Shown here: piece by piece, positions 21,088 through 31,516 of the stretch
How positions within the stretch are numbered: the stretch's first letter is position 1
Layout of the letters: the number at the start of each line of letters is the position of its first letter
Assembly (NCBI GenBank): GCA_965226375.1
Contig: CBDDCX010000008.1
Span: 1,024,001 to 1,088,000 of the forward strand
Source: Longimicrobiales bacterium
Lineage (GTDB): Bacteria > Gemmatimonadota > Gemmatimonadetes > Longimicrobiales > Gaopeijiaceae
Length of the DNA: 64,000 nucleotides
Direction: 5' to 3'
Program-made: the position numbers and the translations under genes
Notes under the pieces: generated by a model
What the model saw: only the letters and a program-made list of their open reading frames with translations
What the model was told of the DNA's origin: nothing
The model's database searches: none

Positions 21088-21966
21088 ATGGGAGACAACA
21101 AGCTGCTGGTTCTGGTGACGGGCGCGACGGGGCAGCAGGGCGGCGCGGTCACTCAAGCCCTGCTCCAGAGGGGGCACAGTGTGCGCGCCATGGTGCGCGA
21201 CACGAACAGCGAGAAGGCGGTCACCCTTGGACAGATGAGTGTCGAGCTCATCGTGGGTGATATGGAGGACACGGAGAGCATCGCCGCCGCGGCCCGGGGA
21301 GTAGACGCGATGTTCGCGGTGACGTCTCCGTTCGTGCTTGGCACAGACCACGAGACGGTCCACGGAAAGAACCTCGTGGACGGTGCCGTGCAGGCCGGCG
21401 TGAGTCATTTCGTATACTCATCCGTTGCCTCCGCCGACAAAGAAACGGGCGTCCCCCACTTCGAGAGCAAGTGGGAGGTCGAGAAACACCTGAGCGAGTC
21501 CGGGCTGAACTGGACCGTTTCAGCGCCGGTGTTCTTCTTTGAGAACATCTCTTCGCCTTGGCTCGCGGCCGACCTGGAGAACGGGCAATACCGCCAGGCC
21601 ATGCCCGCGGACCGGGCGCTACAGATGATCGGTGTGGCGACCATCGGTTCGTTCAACGCGGCCGTCATCGACGGGCGCGAGGAGTTCTATGGCCAGCGTA
21701 TAGACATCGCTTCTGATGAGCTCACCGGGGCCCAGACAGCCGCCGCGCTCTCAAAGGCGGTGGGGCGCACCATCACGTTCGGTGAGCAGCCGATCGAAGA
21801 AGTGCGTGCCAGTTTCGGTGAGGACATGGCCCTCATGTATGAGTGGTTCAACGAGGTCGGTTATGACGTCGATATCGAAGACCTCGAGGCCCGCTTCCCA
21901 CGCGTCGGTTGGAAGTCCTTCGCGGAATGGTCCGTCGGAGCGTTCACGAATGCGGGGGCAGCATGA
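21088..21966 (+). CDS. NmrA/HSCARG family NAD(P)-binding protein
   Basis: LVTGATGQQGG, HFVYSSV, PHFESK motifs. Confidence 0.9.
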   Translation: MGDNKLLVLVTGATGQQGGAVTQALLQRGHSVRAMVRDTNSEKAVTLGQMSVELIVGDMEDTESIAAAARGVDAMFAVTSPFVLGTDHETVHGKNLVDGAVQAGVSHFVYSSVASADKETGVPHFESKWEVEKHLSESGLNWTVSAPVFFFENISSPWLAADLENGQYRQAMPADRALQMIGVATIGSFNAAVIDGREEFYGQRIDIASDELTGAQTAAALSKAVGRTITFGEQPIEEVRASFGEDMALMYEWFNEVGYDVDIEDLEARFPRVGWKSFAEWSVGAFTNAGAA

Positions 21967-22397
21967 GCAAGCCTCGCGTCGTGTACCCGAAGGACCCGGC
22001 TTATGTGATCCACGGTGCCGGTGACGAATACCGATACCTGGCCACCGGAGCGCAGACGGACGGATCCTACTTCATGCTGGAGGCGGTGGTGCCGCCGGGT
22101 GCGGGGCCACCGCCCCACGTGCAGACCCGTGAAGAAGAGGGCTTCTACATGTTGGAGGGCACGCTGACGTTCTATCCTGAAGGCGAAGAAGTCGTCGCGG
22201 GGCCCGGGACCTTCGTTCACATACCGCGCGGTGTCGTGCACAACTTCAGGAATCTCACGGATGAGTCGGCGCGTGTGCTCATCTGGTTCGCACCGGCCGG
22301 AATCGAGGACATGTTCAGTAAAATGGCCCGGGATCCGGAACGGTACATGGAAATTGGTGCCGAGTATGGTGTCTCCTTCCCGAAAGCGAGCGACTGA
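21963..22397 (+). CDS. Cupin domain protein
   Basis: GPPPHV...EEEGFYMLEG and IPRGVVHNFRN; ATGA overlap. Confidence 0.88.
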   Translation: MSKPRVVYPKDPAYVIHGAGDEYRYLATGAQTDGSYFMLEAVVPPGAGPPPHVQTREEEGFYMLEGTLTFYPEGEEVVAGPGTFVHIPRGVVHNFRNLTDESARVLIWFAPAGIEDMFSKMARDPERYMEIGAEYGVSFPKASD

Positions 22398-22511
22398 ACC
22401 GCTTGCCGACGGCGCGCGGAGGTCGATCAGGGGTTCGCTAATGAACGATTGTTCCCGTCGGGGTAGGCCGACTCGATCGGACGCAACCAGAGGGTACGAA
22501 ACGTGGAAGCC

Positions 22512-22670
22512 ATGGTCGCTTACTCCATCTACCTGGCCGGTGCAGTGGCATCTAGTGCTTGGGTCTACCTGGACGCGAAGAAGCATGATCATGCCCACCC
22601 ACGCTGGGTCGCCTTTGGTACGGCCGTGCTCTTCCCGTTCGGACTCCTCTTTTACATAATGTCGCGTTGA
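22512..22670 (+). CDS. Small 2-TM membrane protein (52 aa, PLDc_N-like), absent from the ORF track
   Basis: Manual translation MVAYSIYLAGAVASSAWVYLDAKKHDHAHPRWVAFGTAVLFPFGLLFYIMSR; WVYxDA...PxGLxxY pattern. Confidence 0.65.
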   Translation: MVAYSIYLAGAVASSAWVYLDAKKHDHAHPRWVAFGTAVLFPFGLLFYIMSR

Positions 22671-22737
22671 TCCGAAGGAGCGTTCAACGCTCCGGTATCG
22701 GTTCTGAACTCCGAATAACTCGGCCTAGTGTGCTACC

Positions 22738-23847
22738 TCAAACCCCCGCCCCGCGTCGAGAGACGACCTCGATCACCACTGCATGCTCGCGGTAGACCCC
22801 CGGGGCCCTCACCAATCGACGAATCTCCTCGACCTCGGCCCCTCGACGGTCTTTGATCATTTCGGACGAGCCAGCCCAGAGTTGTCCATCGAGGAAGAGT
22901 GTTCCTCTGACCGTCTCCGAGTCCCCGTCCAGCCACGCTGGCCGTTCGAGGCGGATGAGGTCGTAAACGGAGCTGTCGTCAGGGCGAGCGGAGATGTCCT
23001 CCCGGGTGATCCGTTCTATGAGAACGATGGTATTCACAGGCGGAAGCCTCGGGGCTACGGCTGCTCGTCGCCGACGGACACGGCCGCCCCTCCATGCGTT
23101 GGGCGTGAGACTCATGCCGATCTGGAACGACAGCGAGTTATGCTTACGGGAGAATGAATCGCTGTAGGTGCCGAACGCAGTCGCAATAGCTTCCGCCAGG
23201 TCGGAAGTCTCGTCGAACGTGGTCATCATTCTCGTGTAGCGCGCGTCCAAGTAAACCTTGGTGGGACCGATATTGAACGAGAGGTCTACGCCGGCGGTCC
23301 CACCAAAATCATTTCCCTTGGTGTTGTAGTTCAGAGGACTGACGTATGGAAACGCTCCCTCATAAGGCGGGACCTGGGCTTTGGACTTGGTACCGGTCGC
23401 TTTGGCTCCGACAAGGAATGATACGATCGGCCCAGCGAAGACGCTCAAGGTGGGCGACCATCCTCCCGGCGTCACACGGAGCTTGAGGACGGGCACGAAA
23501 TCGAGATAATTGTAGTTCCACAACCAATTGGTCACATCACCCAGTGTCTCGGTGTGGATGTCGCCCCCCGTCGCCCCCCTCCTCGAGTAATACGCTTCGG
23601 GCTGCACTGAAAACGGTCCCCACAAACCGGTGTTGAGAAAGGCACCGAAAATATGCCCTTGCCGAGTCGTAGATTCGCCAATGTTCTCGCCGTAGAAGCT
23701 CGAGAGGTTCAGGCCGCCTTTCAGGCCCACATCGGTCTGTGCGAGTGTGGGGGTGGCGACAAGAAGACCACTGACGCCCAGCATGAGGAAGGGGGTGGAG
23801 AACTGCCGACCCATGAATCGCATCGGTCGGATCGTATTCGTCATCAT
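22738..23847 (-). CDS. Outer-membrane beta-barrel (PorT-like) fused to a C-terminal TonB-plug-like domain
   Basis: Signal TLA-Q; GLKGGLN.S, SVQPEAYYS.RG, YLDARY; C-terminal ITREDI...VYDLIRLERPAWL. Confidence 0.7.
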   Translation of the reverse strand: MMTNTIRPMRFMGRQFSTPFLMLGVSGLLVATPTLAQTDVGLKGGLNLSSFYGENIGESTTRQGHIFGAFLNTGLWGPFSVQPEAYYSRRGATGGDIHTETLGDVTNWLWNYNYLDFVPVLKLRVTPGGWSPTLSVFAGPIVSFLVGAKATGTKSKAQVPPYEGAFPYVSPLNYNTKGNDFGGTAGVDLSFNIGPTKVYLDARYTRMMTTFDETSDLAEAIATAFGTYSDSFSRKHNSLSFQIGMSLTPNAWRGGRVRRRRAAVAPRLPPVNTIVLIERITREDISARPDDSSVYDLIRLERPAWLDGDSETVRGTLFLDGQLWAGSSEMIKDRRGAEVEEIRRLVRAPGVYREHAVVIEVVSRRGAGV

Positions 23848-24063
23848 CGTTCTCCTAGGACCTTCACAGCCGCTTCGAACCCAACGCGAACGCAAGAACC
23901 GGGGTTCCCGCACAGGGCAGGGAGCAATATCGTCGTGCACGGGGTTGTCAGCCAGTCAGTTCCCAATATAGCCCTTCGTTCGTAGATAGGACGACGCAGG
24001 CCCCAGTTCTAGACGACAAACTGGGTGATTGGGCGGAATTCGGATGGGAGGCTTGGCACCGGG

Positions 24064-24549
24064 TCAGAAAACGATGTCGGATCCGCGTGCTTGTCCTCCC
24101 CAAGTGATCCAAATCGCTTCACCGGGCTCGTTCTGGGCCTCTTCGGCAATCGAAAAACTCCGCACACCGAAACACCCGAAGCAGCCGACCTGCGGATCGT
24201 CGGCTCTTCGAAAGAGGTCCAAACCCCACTGGAAGTTGTCGGCCATCGGCAGGGAGAAGGAGCCCTGAGCCACGACCGCGCCATCTTGTGTCAGTTCTAT
24301 CGCGATCAGAAGATCTCCGGAATTCGGAACCTCGGCGAAGATCTCGAGGAGCCCGTCCGAATCGTCGACAAAATCTTCGGACGTGTATTCCGAAGAGTCG
24401 AGCCACAGTCGAATCCCTTCGATTCCTTCCGGCTCACTAATTGATGCGCGAGCTCGGATCTCGATCGTGGAACGACTGGATGAACATCCCACGGCAAGAC
24501 CGAATACCGGAAAGAGGCTCATCAGAAGGAGGAGCTGGCGTGTACGCAC
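24064..24549 (-). CDS. Hypothetical lipoprotein
   Basis: Lipobox LAVGC; acidic body with GCFGC. Confidence 0.65.
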   Translation of the reverse strand: MRTRQLLLLMSLFPVFGLAVGCSSSRSTIEIRARASISEPEGIEGIRLWLDSSEYTSEDFVDDSDGLLEIFAEVPNSGDLLIAIELTQDGAVVAQGSFSLPMADNFQWGLDLFRRADDPQVGCFGCFGVRSFSIAEEAQNEPGEAIWITWGGQARGSDIVF

Positions 24550-24747
24550 TTTTGTTGGGCCCTCAAGGGACTTGGCCGCGGTCGAAGCGTTTCAGGAAGA
24601 ACGAGCGAGCCTCCCGATCTGTGACAATCGCCTTGCGACTTCACGGATTCTACACACATGTTATCCGCCCGTTGCTCAGGACCCGTACCGTGGGATGTCT
24701 CGGCGTGTGGCTGCCAGTCACGAGCGAGCCCGTCGTCGTCTGCCTCG

Positions 24748-25515
24748 CTATCTGCCTCCGTTGATGGACAGAACCTGGCCGGTAATCCAGCCGGCGTACT
24801 CGGACGCGAAGAAGAGCACTCCGGACGCGATGTCGTCCGGTGTCCCCAGCCGTCTGAGCGAGATGCTCTCGACGAGGCGGCGCTGGCCGTCTTCACCGTA
24901 GGACTGCCACTGGTGCTCCGTACTTGGATTCGACCGAACGAATCCGGGGGCGATGTTGTTCACGGTGATTCCCCAGGGACCGAGCTCGTGGGCGAGCTGA
25001 CGCGTGAGACCGATCTGGGCGGCCTTGGCGGAGGCATAACCTTGAATACCGGTCAAACTGACGCCTAGCCCGGCACCGCTCGAGATGTTGATGATGCGGC
25101 CGCTCCCGGCAGCCTTCATGGTCGGGGCGACCGCCTGTGCGAAGGTGAACGCGCCGGTCGCGTTGACGTCGAAGAGCCCCTGCCACTCTGAAGGGGTCAC
25201 GTCCTCGAGCGGTTTCCCCACCTGGCCGAGCACGCCCCCGGCGTTGTTGACCAGAACATCGAGGGCGCCGGCTGTGGAGGACACTTCTTCAACAAAGGCG
25301 AATACGGCGTCTCGATCAGTCACGTCTACCCGTCGTACTTCGCACGATCCGGTCGCCCCTTCGCAGAGCTTGCGTGTCTCTGCCAGTGCGTCCTCGAGAA
25401 GGTCACACGCCCAAACCGCGCCACCGCGTTGTGCGAATCGGACCGCGATCTGGCGGCCGAAGCCGTGGGCCGCGCCCGTTACGATGATCGTCTTGCCAGC
25501 AAACTGAATGTCCAT
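24748..25515 (-). CDS. SDR family oxidoreductase (FabG-like)
   Basis: TGAAHGFG, NNAG, YASAK, ITGQVL..NGG motifs; start 25515 or 25539. Confidence 0.9.
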   Translation of the reverse strand: MDIQFAGKTIIVTGAAHGFGRQIAVRFAQRGGAVWACDLLEDALAETRKLCEGATGSCEVRRVDVTDRDAVFAFVEEVSSTAGALDVLVNNAGGVLGQVGKPLEDVTPSEWQGLFDVNATGAFTFAQAVAPTMKAAGSGRIINISSGAGLGVSLTGIQGYASAKAAQIGLTRQLAHELGPWGITVNNIAPGFVRSNPSTEHQWQSYGEDGQRRLVESISLRRLGTPDDIASGVLFFASEYAGWITGQVLSINGGR

Positions 25516-25573
25516 CAATAGATGCCTCGGCATCGCCATTCTCGGTGCATCAGCCTAGTGATGTCCGGGCGCA

Positions 25574-26275
25574 CTAGTCCCATCCGCCGTCCATCATCGC
25601 CCGCGTTTCCTCCACGCCCACGTTCCAGATGGCCATCATCTCCTCGTCAGGGCGCCGATACACGCCCCCCAGGTTGCCGTCTCCGATCACCGCACGAAGT
25701 TCCTGACCCATGAGGCGTGCCTTCCCGGCACGGTCCACAGGATCCTTTTGACCTTCGGGTAGATCGACACCGTCCAGGCGAGTCCAGGCAAAATTCTCGA
25801 ACCAGGATGCGTGGCTCTCGACCGGATCGAGCTCGCGGGCAGCGGAAAGAAACGCGGGTCCCTGCCACCACTGGAAGAACTTGACGCGACAGCCGGGGTG
25901 GTCCGCCATCCATTCCGTGGCCATGGCTCCAGCCGGTGCGTTGCCCCCATGACCGCTCACGATGAGGATTCGGCGAAAGCCGGTCTGAGAAAGGCTGTCG
26001 AGGATGTCCCGCACGACCTGGACAAAGGTTGCCGTTCGGAGAGTGATCGTGCCGGGATACGCCATGAAGTAGGGAGCCAGCCCGTACGGCATGACAGGAA
26101 AAACAGGCACCCCAAGAGGCTCCGCAGCCTCGACAGACACCCTCTCGGCGAGGATGCTATCCACCGACAGACTCAAGTAGGCATGCTGTTCGGTGCTGCC
26201 CAGAGGTAGAACCGCCCGATCATCGTGCTTCAGGTATTCTTCTACCTGCATCCAGTTCATGTCGGTGATTCTCAT
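25574..26275 (-). CDS. Creatininase family protein
   Basis: MNW.QVE, PLGSTEQH, GHGGN, HASWFEN; ATGA overlap with the P450 stop. Confidence 0.9.
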   Translation of the reverse strand: MRITDMNWMQVEEYLKHDDRAVLPLGSTEQHAYLSLSVDSILAERVSVEAAEPLGVPVFPVMPYGLAPYFMAYPGTITLRTATFVQVVRDILDSLSQTGFRRILIVSGHGGNAPAGAMATEWMADHPGCRVKFFQWWQGPAFLSAARELDPVESHASWFENFAWTRLDGVDLPEGQKDPVDRAGKARLMGQELRAVIGDGNLGGVYRRPDEEMMAIWNVGVEETRAMMDGGWD

Positions 26276-27471
26276 CGGGTTTCCCAGCTTAGCCACAATT
26301 CGGGCGGCTTGCGAAATTCGTATCCGGAAAAGACGGTCGGGCGCCCGGCGTCGAGCGCCAGGTTCGGGAAGCGGTTCAGCAGTGCGGTGATCGCGGTATG
26401 AATCTCGAGCCGTGCGAGTGGAGCACCCAGGCAGAAGTGACGCCCCGATCCGCACCCGACGTGGTCGCGAGCGTTGGAGCGGTGGATGTCGAAGTGATCG
26501 GGATTTTCGAACCGCTCCGGGTCGCGGTTGGCCGCTCCCAGCATGCACTGCACCACTTCACCCTTCGCGATGGCCACCCCCCGCAACGACGTATCGCTCG
26601 TGGCGTGTCGCGTACAGGACTGTACGGACGGTTGCCAGCGAAGGGACTCCTCGATGGCGTTGTCGAGCAGCGCTGGATTCGCCCGGAGTTCGACGAGTTG
26701 GTCCGGGTGTGACAGCAGGCTCCACACGGTATTGCAGAGTTGTGCCTCGGTCGTCTCGATACCTCCAAACATGATGATCAACGCGTTCGATACGATCTCG
26801 GTGTCGGTCAGCCGGTCGGGCGACTCCGCGAGACGCCTCAACAGCGAGTCGGGCGAGATGTCCTGAATCGACTCCACGATCGACCGGACGAGTGTGGCGA
26901 ACTCCTTCGAGGCCTCCTGGCCCAGGGCGCGAACGTCATGATCATGGGCAAAGTTGGCGAGGGCGTCGGCAAACCGGTCGTACCAGGCGGCGATCTCCGG
27001 CACCCGGTCCAACGGTAATCCGAGGATCTCCGTAACGGTCTCGACAGCCAGGGGCCGAGCGACCTGTGAGCGCAATTCTCCTCGCTCGCCGCCGGCAAAC
27101 GCGGAGATGAGGCGAGCCACACGATCGTGCACGCTCGAACCCACCGAATCCGCCAGGTCCCTAGGACGGAACATCCCCATACACTGTCTCTTGTGCCTGA
27201 TCTGGTCAGGACCGTCGAGCGTCATCATGTGGCGGCCGAACATGTCCCGGATGATCGACTCCTCGGTGTCGACTGTGTAGGTCTGAACGTCGGACAGCAA
27301 AGCCCGCACGTCGTCGTAGCGGGTCACGAACCACATGCCGGTCTCGGGTACCCACGTGACCGGTTCGTGCTCGCGCAGCTCGGCCAGGATGGGGTACGGG
27401 TCGCCGCTCAGCCGTGCCATGGTGACCTGGCTGCCCAAGGGAAATCGGGACGTCCGATCGCCAACGCTCAT
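26272..27471 (-). CDS. Cytochrome P450
   Basis: FGGIETT I-helix, EESLR, ANRDP, GSGRHFCLG heme motif. Confidence 0.93.
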   Translation of the reverse strand: MSVGDRTSRFPLGSQVTMARLSGDPYPILAELREHEPVTWVPETGMWFVTRYDDVRALLSDVQTYTVDTEESIIRDMFGRHMMTLDGPDQIRHKRQCMGMFRPRDLADSVGSSVHDRVARLISAFAGGERGELRSQVARPLAVETVTEILGLPLDRVPEIAAWYDRFADALANFAHDHDVRALGQEASKEFATLVRSIVESIQDISPDSLLRRLAESPDRLTDTEIVSNALIIMFGGIETTEAQLCNTVWSLLSHPDQLVELRANPALLDNAIEESLRWQPSVQSCTRHATSDTSLRGVAIAKGEVVQCMLGAANRDPERFENPDHFDIHRSNARDHVGCGSGRHFCLGAPLARLEIHTAITALLNRFPNLALDAGRPTVFSGYEFRKPPELWLSWETR

Positions 27472-27813
27472 CGGGAGCGTCTCAATCCGTCAGAGTCCAT
27501 GCCACGAGGGTGACGGTAATGCTACGAATGACAATTCTCATGGTGTCCTCATGGACTGTGAGAGTCCAACCGATGCCTGTTTGGCAGGCCTGGACAACGT
27601 GAGCGGCAGGCCAGAACGGGGCAATACGACCTCATATGCCGAGTGTTTGATAAGCCCGTGTCTACACCGGTCTTTGCGCCCTGGAGGAAACAGAGGCGCG
27701 GGCGTCGCCGGCCACCTATATTGTCTCGCCCGATTATCCTTGCCGTGCTCGCTTCAACGAGTGGGCGTCAGGAGGATGTTCTGTTGCGGACGTACCCGTT
27801 GGAGGAAACTGAG

Positions 27814-28509
27814 ATGAAGAGAATCGCGATTGCCCTCATTGCTCTCGCCGTTGCGGCACCCCTGAGCGCGCAGGCCGGCGCCATGGAAGACGATCCGACG
27901 ACTGAGGTCACCGGCACGGGAGACCTTCCGGACGGCTGGATGGTGCGCTTCGACCCGGTCCGGGTCCGCCCCAACCGCCCCACTCGACCGACGCCGACCG
28001 TGGCGGACGTCAACTTCCGGGTGATGGGCAGTGGACTGCACGCCACGTCCGGTCCGGCGGGCGTCTACTACAAAGCCGGTGACGAGGCCAGCGGCGAGTA
28101 CACGGTGACTGTTCGCTTCTCGCAGTCCAAGAGTATGGGCCACGAGGCATACGGCATCGTCATTGGTGGATCGAACCTACAGGAATCCACGCAGAACTAC
28201 CTGTACTTCCTGGTCCGGCCCAACGATGGCGGCATCCTGATCAATCATCGATCGAGCGATGCCGCACCGACCAAGCTCGTGGGCTGGGAAGTGCATGCGT
28301 CCGTCGGCGCGGAAGACGCTGATGGTAAGGCCGCCAATACGCTGTCGGTGCGTGTCACCAATGACGCCGTGCATTTCCTGGCCAACGGCGAAGAAGTGAG
28401 CACGTTGTCGAGGGAGCAGTTGGGCGGCGCCAGCACCGATGGACAGATCGGGCTGCGCATCAACCACAATCTCGACCTGCATATCGCCGAGTTCTCGATC
28501 ACGCATTAG
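27814..28509 (+). CDS. Secreted beta-sandwich (DUF1080/lectin-like) protein
   Basis: GGAGG RBS; signal LSA-Q; GLRINHNLD C-terminus. Confidence 0.65.
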   Translation: MKRIAIALIALAVAAPLSAQAGAMEDDPTTEVTGTGDLPDGWMVRFDPVRVRPNRPTRPTPTVADVNFRVMGSGLHATSGPAGVYYKAGDEASGEYTVTVRFSQSKSMGHEAYGIVIGGSNLQESTQNYLYFLVRPNDGGILINHRSSDAAPTKLVGWEVHASVGAEDADGKAANTLSVRVTNDAVHFLANGEEVSTLSREQLGGASTDGQIGLRINHNLDLHIAEFSITH

Positions 28510-28546
28510 GCAGTCCCAGGTCCCAAGGATGTAACAGGAGGTGGTC

Positions 28547-29824
28547 ATGAGCACGTCTCTCGACCGGCGGGAGTTCGCACGTCTATTTGCGCTGGGCGGC
28601 TCCGCTGCCCTATTGGGGCACCCGGCCTTGGCCGGGGCACGTCCGGCGCCTTTGTCTGCCGCCGAACTTGGCCGAGAAGCACCCGATTGGGCTCGGGTCC
28701 GCGAGCAGTTCCTCATGCCGCGGGAGCTGTCGGTGTTGAACGCGGCGAACCTGTGTCCGTCGCCGCGGGCGGTCCTCGATGCGGTCTACAGGGACACAGA
28801 ACGCTTGAATCGGGATCCGGTGCCGAGCTACCGGGCCGAGATGCACGGCGTCAAGGAAGGGACGCGTGAGCAGCTGGCTCGTCATCTCGGGGTGTCACCC
28901 GATGAAATCTTGATCACGCGGAACACGAGCGAGGCGAACAACTGGGTCTCGAACGGCCTCGATCTGGAATCGGGCGACGAAGTGCTCATCTTCGCCGACA
29001 ATCACCCGAGCAACAACCGGGCTTGGAAGGGGAAAGCCGAGCGCTTCGGGTACACGGTGCGCGAGGTCGAGCAGGTGAATCCGCATCCGGGCATGGAGTA
29101 CTACGTAGAAGCGTTCGAGAAGGCGATCAACCCGCGCACCAGGGTAATCGCGTTCACGCATCTCACGAGTTCGGTCGGCGATCTGTTTCCGGCGCGTGAA
29201 CTGTGCCGGTTGGCCAGCGAACGCGGCATCATCTCAGTAGTGGACGGAGCACAATCCTTCGGCCTCGTCGACGTCGATCTTTCGGACATGCAGCCCGACT
29301 TCTACAGCGGGAGTGCACACAAGTGGCCGTGCGGCCCTAAGGAAACGGGCGTGCTGTTCGTCAACGCACGGGTGCAGGGCCGCTTCTGGCCATCGATCTA
29401 CAGTGCCTACTCGGGCCGGGTGGGTCTGTCACGGACCCACGAGGGCATGGGTCAGCGAGACGAGCCTGCGATTCAGGCTTTCGGCACCGAGATGGAGTTC
29501 CTCCAGGATATCGGCCAGGCCGCGATCGAAGCTCGCAGCCACGAGCTCACGGACGCAGTGATCGAGGGGCTGGGAGCCATCGACGGAGTGACCATCTGGA
29601 CGTCACCCGACCCCGCGCTCCGTCTGGCGGTTTGCTCGTTCCGGCCCGGTAATCTCGAGTCGAGAAAGGTCATCGCCGCTCTCGAGGCTGACGGAATCGT
29701 AGCCGCCGGCCGTGGGGACGGAGATCGCGGAGGCATAAGGTTCTCTCCACACTTCTACAACACGTTCGAGGACATCGATCGTGCCGTGGCGAGTATTGGG
29801 CGTTACATGACGACAGGGCTTTAA
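28547..29824 (+). CDS. Tat-exported class V PLP aminotransferase
   Basis: LDRREFARL Tat signal; TRNTSEAN, VDGAQSFG, SAHKWPCGP, RFSPHFYN. Confidence 0.88.
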   Translation: MSTSLDRREFARLFALGGSAALLGHPALAGARPAPLSAAELGREAPDWARVREQFLMPRELSVLNAANLCPSPRAVLDAVYRDTERLNRDPVPSYRAEMHGVKEGTREQLARHLGVSPDEILITRNTSEANNWVSNGLDLESGDEVLIFADNHPSNNRAWKGKAERFGYTVREVEQVNPHPGMEYYVEAFEKAINPRTRVIAFTHLTSSVGDLFPARELCRLASERGIISVVDGAQSFGLVDVDLSDMQPDFYSGSAHKWPCGPKETGVLFVNARVQGRFWPSIYSAYSGRVGLSRTHEGMGQRDEPAIQAFGTEMEFLQDIGQAAIEARSHELTDAVIEGLGAIDGVTIWTSPDPALRLAVCSFRPGNLESRKVIAALEADGIVAAGRGDGDRGGIRFSPHFYNTFEDIDRAVASIGRYMTTGL

Positions 29825-29857
29825 GGGGGGTCTACAACTCCGTATACCTGAGAGCTC

Positions 29858-31516
29858 CTAGTCCGGGAGCGCGAACGTGAACAGCGCGTGGTTCGCCGAA
29901 ACGGTAACGTACTGACGGCCCTCTACGCTGAACGTCATCGGCGCCGCGTGCACGGGGCCTCCCACGCTGATGTGCCACAGCTCGTCACCGGTTCTGTCAT
30001 CGAGGGCGAAGAAGTAGCCGTCGCTGCTGCCTGAGAAGAGGACCCGTCCGGCTGTGGTCAGGATGCCCGCCTTCCACCAGTCACTGGTATCGAGTCCATA
30101 TTCCCACTGAAGCTCGCCCGTGAGAGGGTCCAGTGCGCGGATGGCGGCGGTGAAATTTTCCGGGTGATCGGCCTCTTTGCCGAAGCCGCCCAGGTAGGTG
30201 TCTCCCTCCACGTACACGTCGTCGCGTTTGTAGAAGATGTCGGCGGCGTCCAGGGCGAAGGTGTAGAACAGTCCGGTGGCAGGACTGAAGCTCGGCGAAT
30301 TCCAGTTGGTGGCACCCCCGACCGACGGGTAGACCTCGATGCCTTCCTCAGTGGGGTCCATGTTCGGAATCAAGATTGGACGACCGTTCTCGTCCATGCC
30401 CTCCGCCCAAGTCTGTTTCGCGTATTCGGTGGCTCGCAGAAACTGACCGTCCTCGCGATCGAGCACGTAGTAGAACGCGTTGCGATTCGCCCACAGCATG
30501 AGCTTCCGTACCTCGTTTCCTAATTCGAGGTCGACCAGTACCGGAATCTGGGTCGCATCCCAGTCATGCGTGTCATGCGGCGTGAACTGGAAGTGCCATT
30601 TCAACTCTCCGGTATCCGCGTCGAGTCCCACCACCGCATCTGAATACAGGTTGTCGCCCGGACGCAGGTCCCCGTTCCAGTCGGGTCCCGGGTTTCCGGT
30701 GCCCCAATAGATCAGGTTGGTGTCGGGATCGTAGGATCCGGTCAGCCATGTCGGAGCGCCGCCGTATTTCCACGAGTCGCCTCCCCACGTCTCGTTTCCC
30801 GGCTCGCCCTCTCCCGGAATGGTGTAGAAGCGCCAGCGGAGCTCCCCCGTCTCGGCGTCGTAGGCGTCGATGAGGCCGCGGACACCGTACTCTCCGCCAC
30901 CGACGCCGGTGATGACCATGTCCTTGACAACGAGCGGCGCGCCCGTGATGCTGAATCCCGAGGCGGCTTGTCCCACCTCCACGTTCCAAAGCACGCTGCC
31001 GGTCTTGATGTCGAGCGCCAGGAGTCGAGCGTCCACGGTCCCGAGAAAGACCTTCTCCCCGAGGACTGCCACACCACGATTGTTCTCGCCGCAGCAGAGC
31101 GTGAGTTTCTCGGGTACGGGGTGCTCGTAAGTCCAGAACGGGCGTCCGGTCACAGCGTCGAGGGCAATGAGCGTGCTGGGCGACTCTGTGATGAACATGA
31201 GCCCGTCCACGACGACCGGCGACGTCTCGACGACGGAGAGTGTGTGGAACTGATGGACCCACTCGACCTTGAGGTCGCCGACGTTCCCCCGATTCACCTG
31301 GTCGAGCCGACTGAACCGTTGACTGTTGTACTGGCCTGAGTACATGAGCCAATTTTCAGGCTCTTGATCCGCGTTGAGGAGGCGTTCCGAGGTCACCACA
31401 CGGTCTTCCCCACCCGTCTCCGAGGCCTCGGCCTCATCTCGAGCAGAATCCGTATTGGGTTCACCCGCCTGACACCCGACCAATGCGATCAGCAGTCCCA
31501 CGGCGACATGTTTCAT
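29858..31516 (-). CDS. PQQ-dependent alcohol dehydrogenase (methanol/ethanol family), lipoprotein
   Basis: Lipobox LVGC; NWLMY....RFSRL, vicinal CC, GTGNPGPDW, PGDNLY, HDTHDWD. Confidence 0.92.
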   Translation of the reverse strand: MKHVAVGLLIALVGCQAGEPNTDSARDEAEASETGGEDRVVTSERLLNADQEPENWLMYSGQYNSQRFSRLDQVNRGNVGDLKVEWVHQFHTLSVVETSPVVVDGLMFITESPSTLIALDAVTGRPFWTYEHPVPEKLTLCCGENNRGVAVLGEKVFLGTVDARLLALDIKTGSVLWNVEVGQAASGFSITGAPLVVKDMVITGVGGGEYGVRGLIDAYDAETGELRWRFYTIPGEGEPGNETWGGDSWKYGGAPTWLTGSYDPDTNLIYWGTGNPGPDWNGDLRPGDNLYSDAVVGLDADTGELKWHFQFTPHDTHDWDATQIPVLVDLELGNEVRKLMLWANRNAFYYVLDREDGQFLRATEYAKQTWAEGMDENGRPILIPNMDPTEEGIEVYPSVGGATNWNSPSFSPATGLFYTFALDAADIFYKRDDVYVEGDTYLGGFGKEADHPENFTAAIRALDPLTGELQWEYGLDTSDWWKAGILTTAGRVLFSGSSDGYFFALDDRTGDELWHISVGGPVHAAPMTFSVEGRQYVTVSANHALFTFALPD

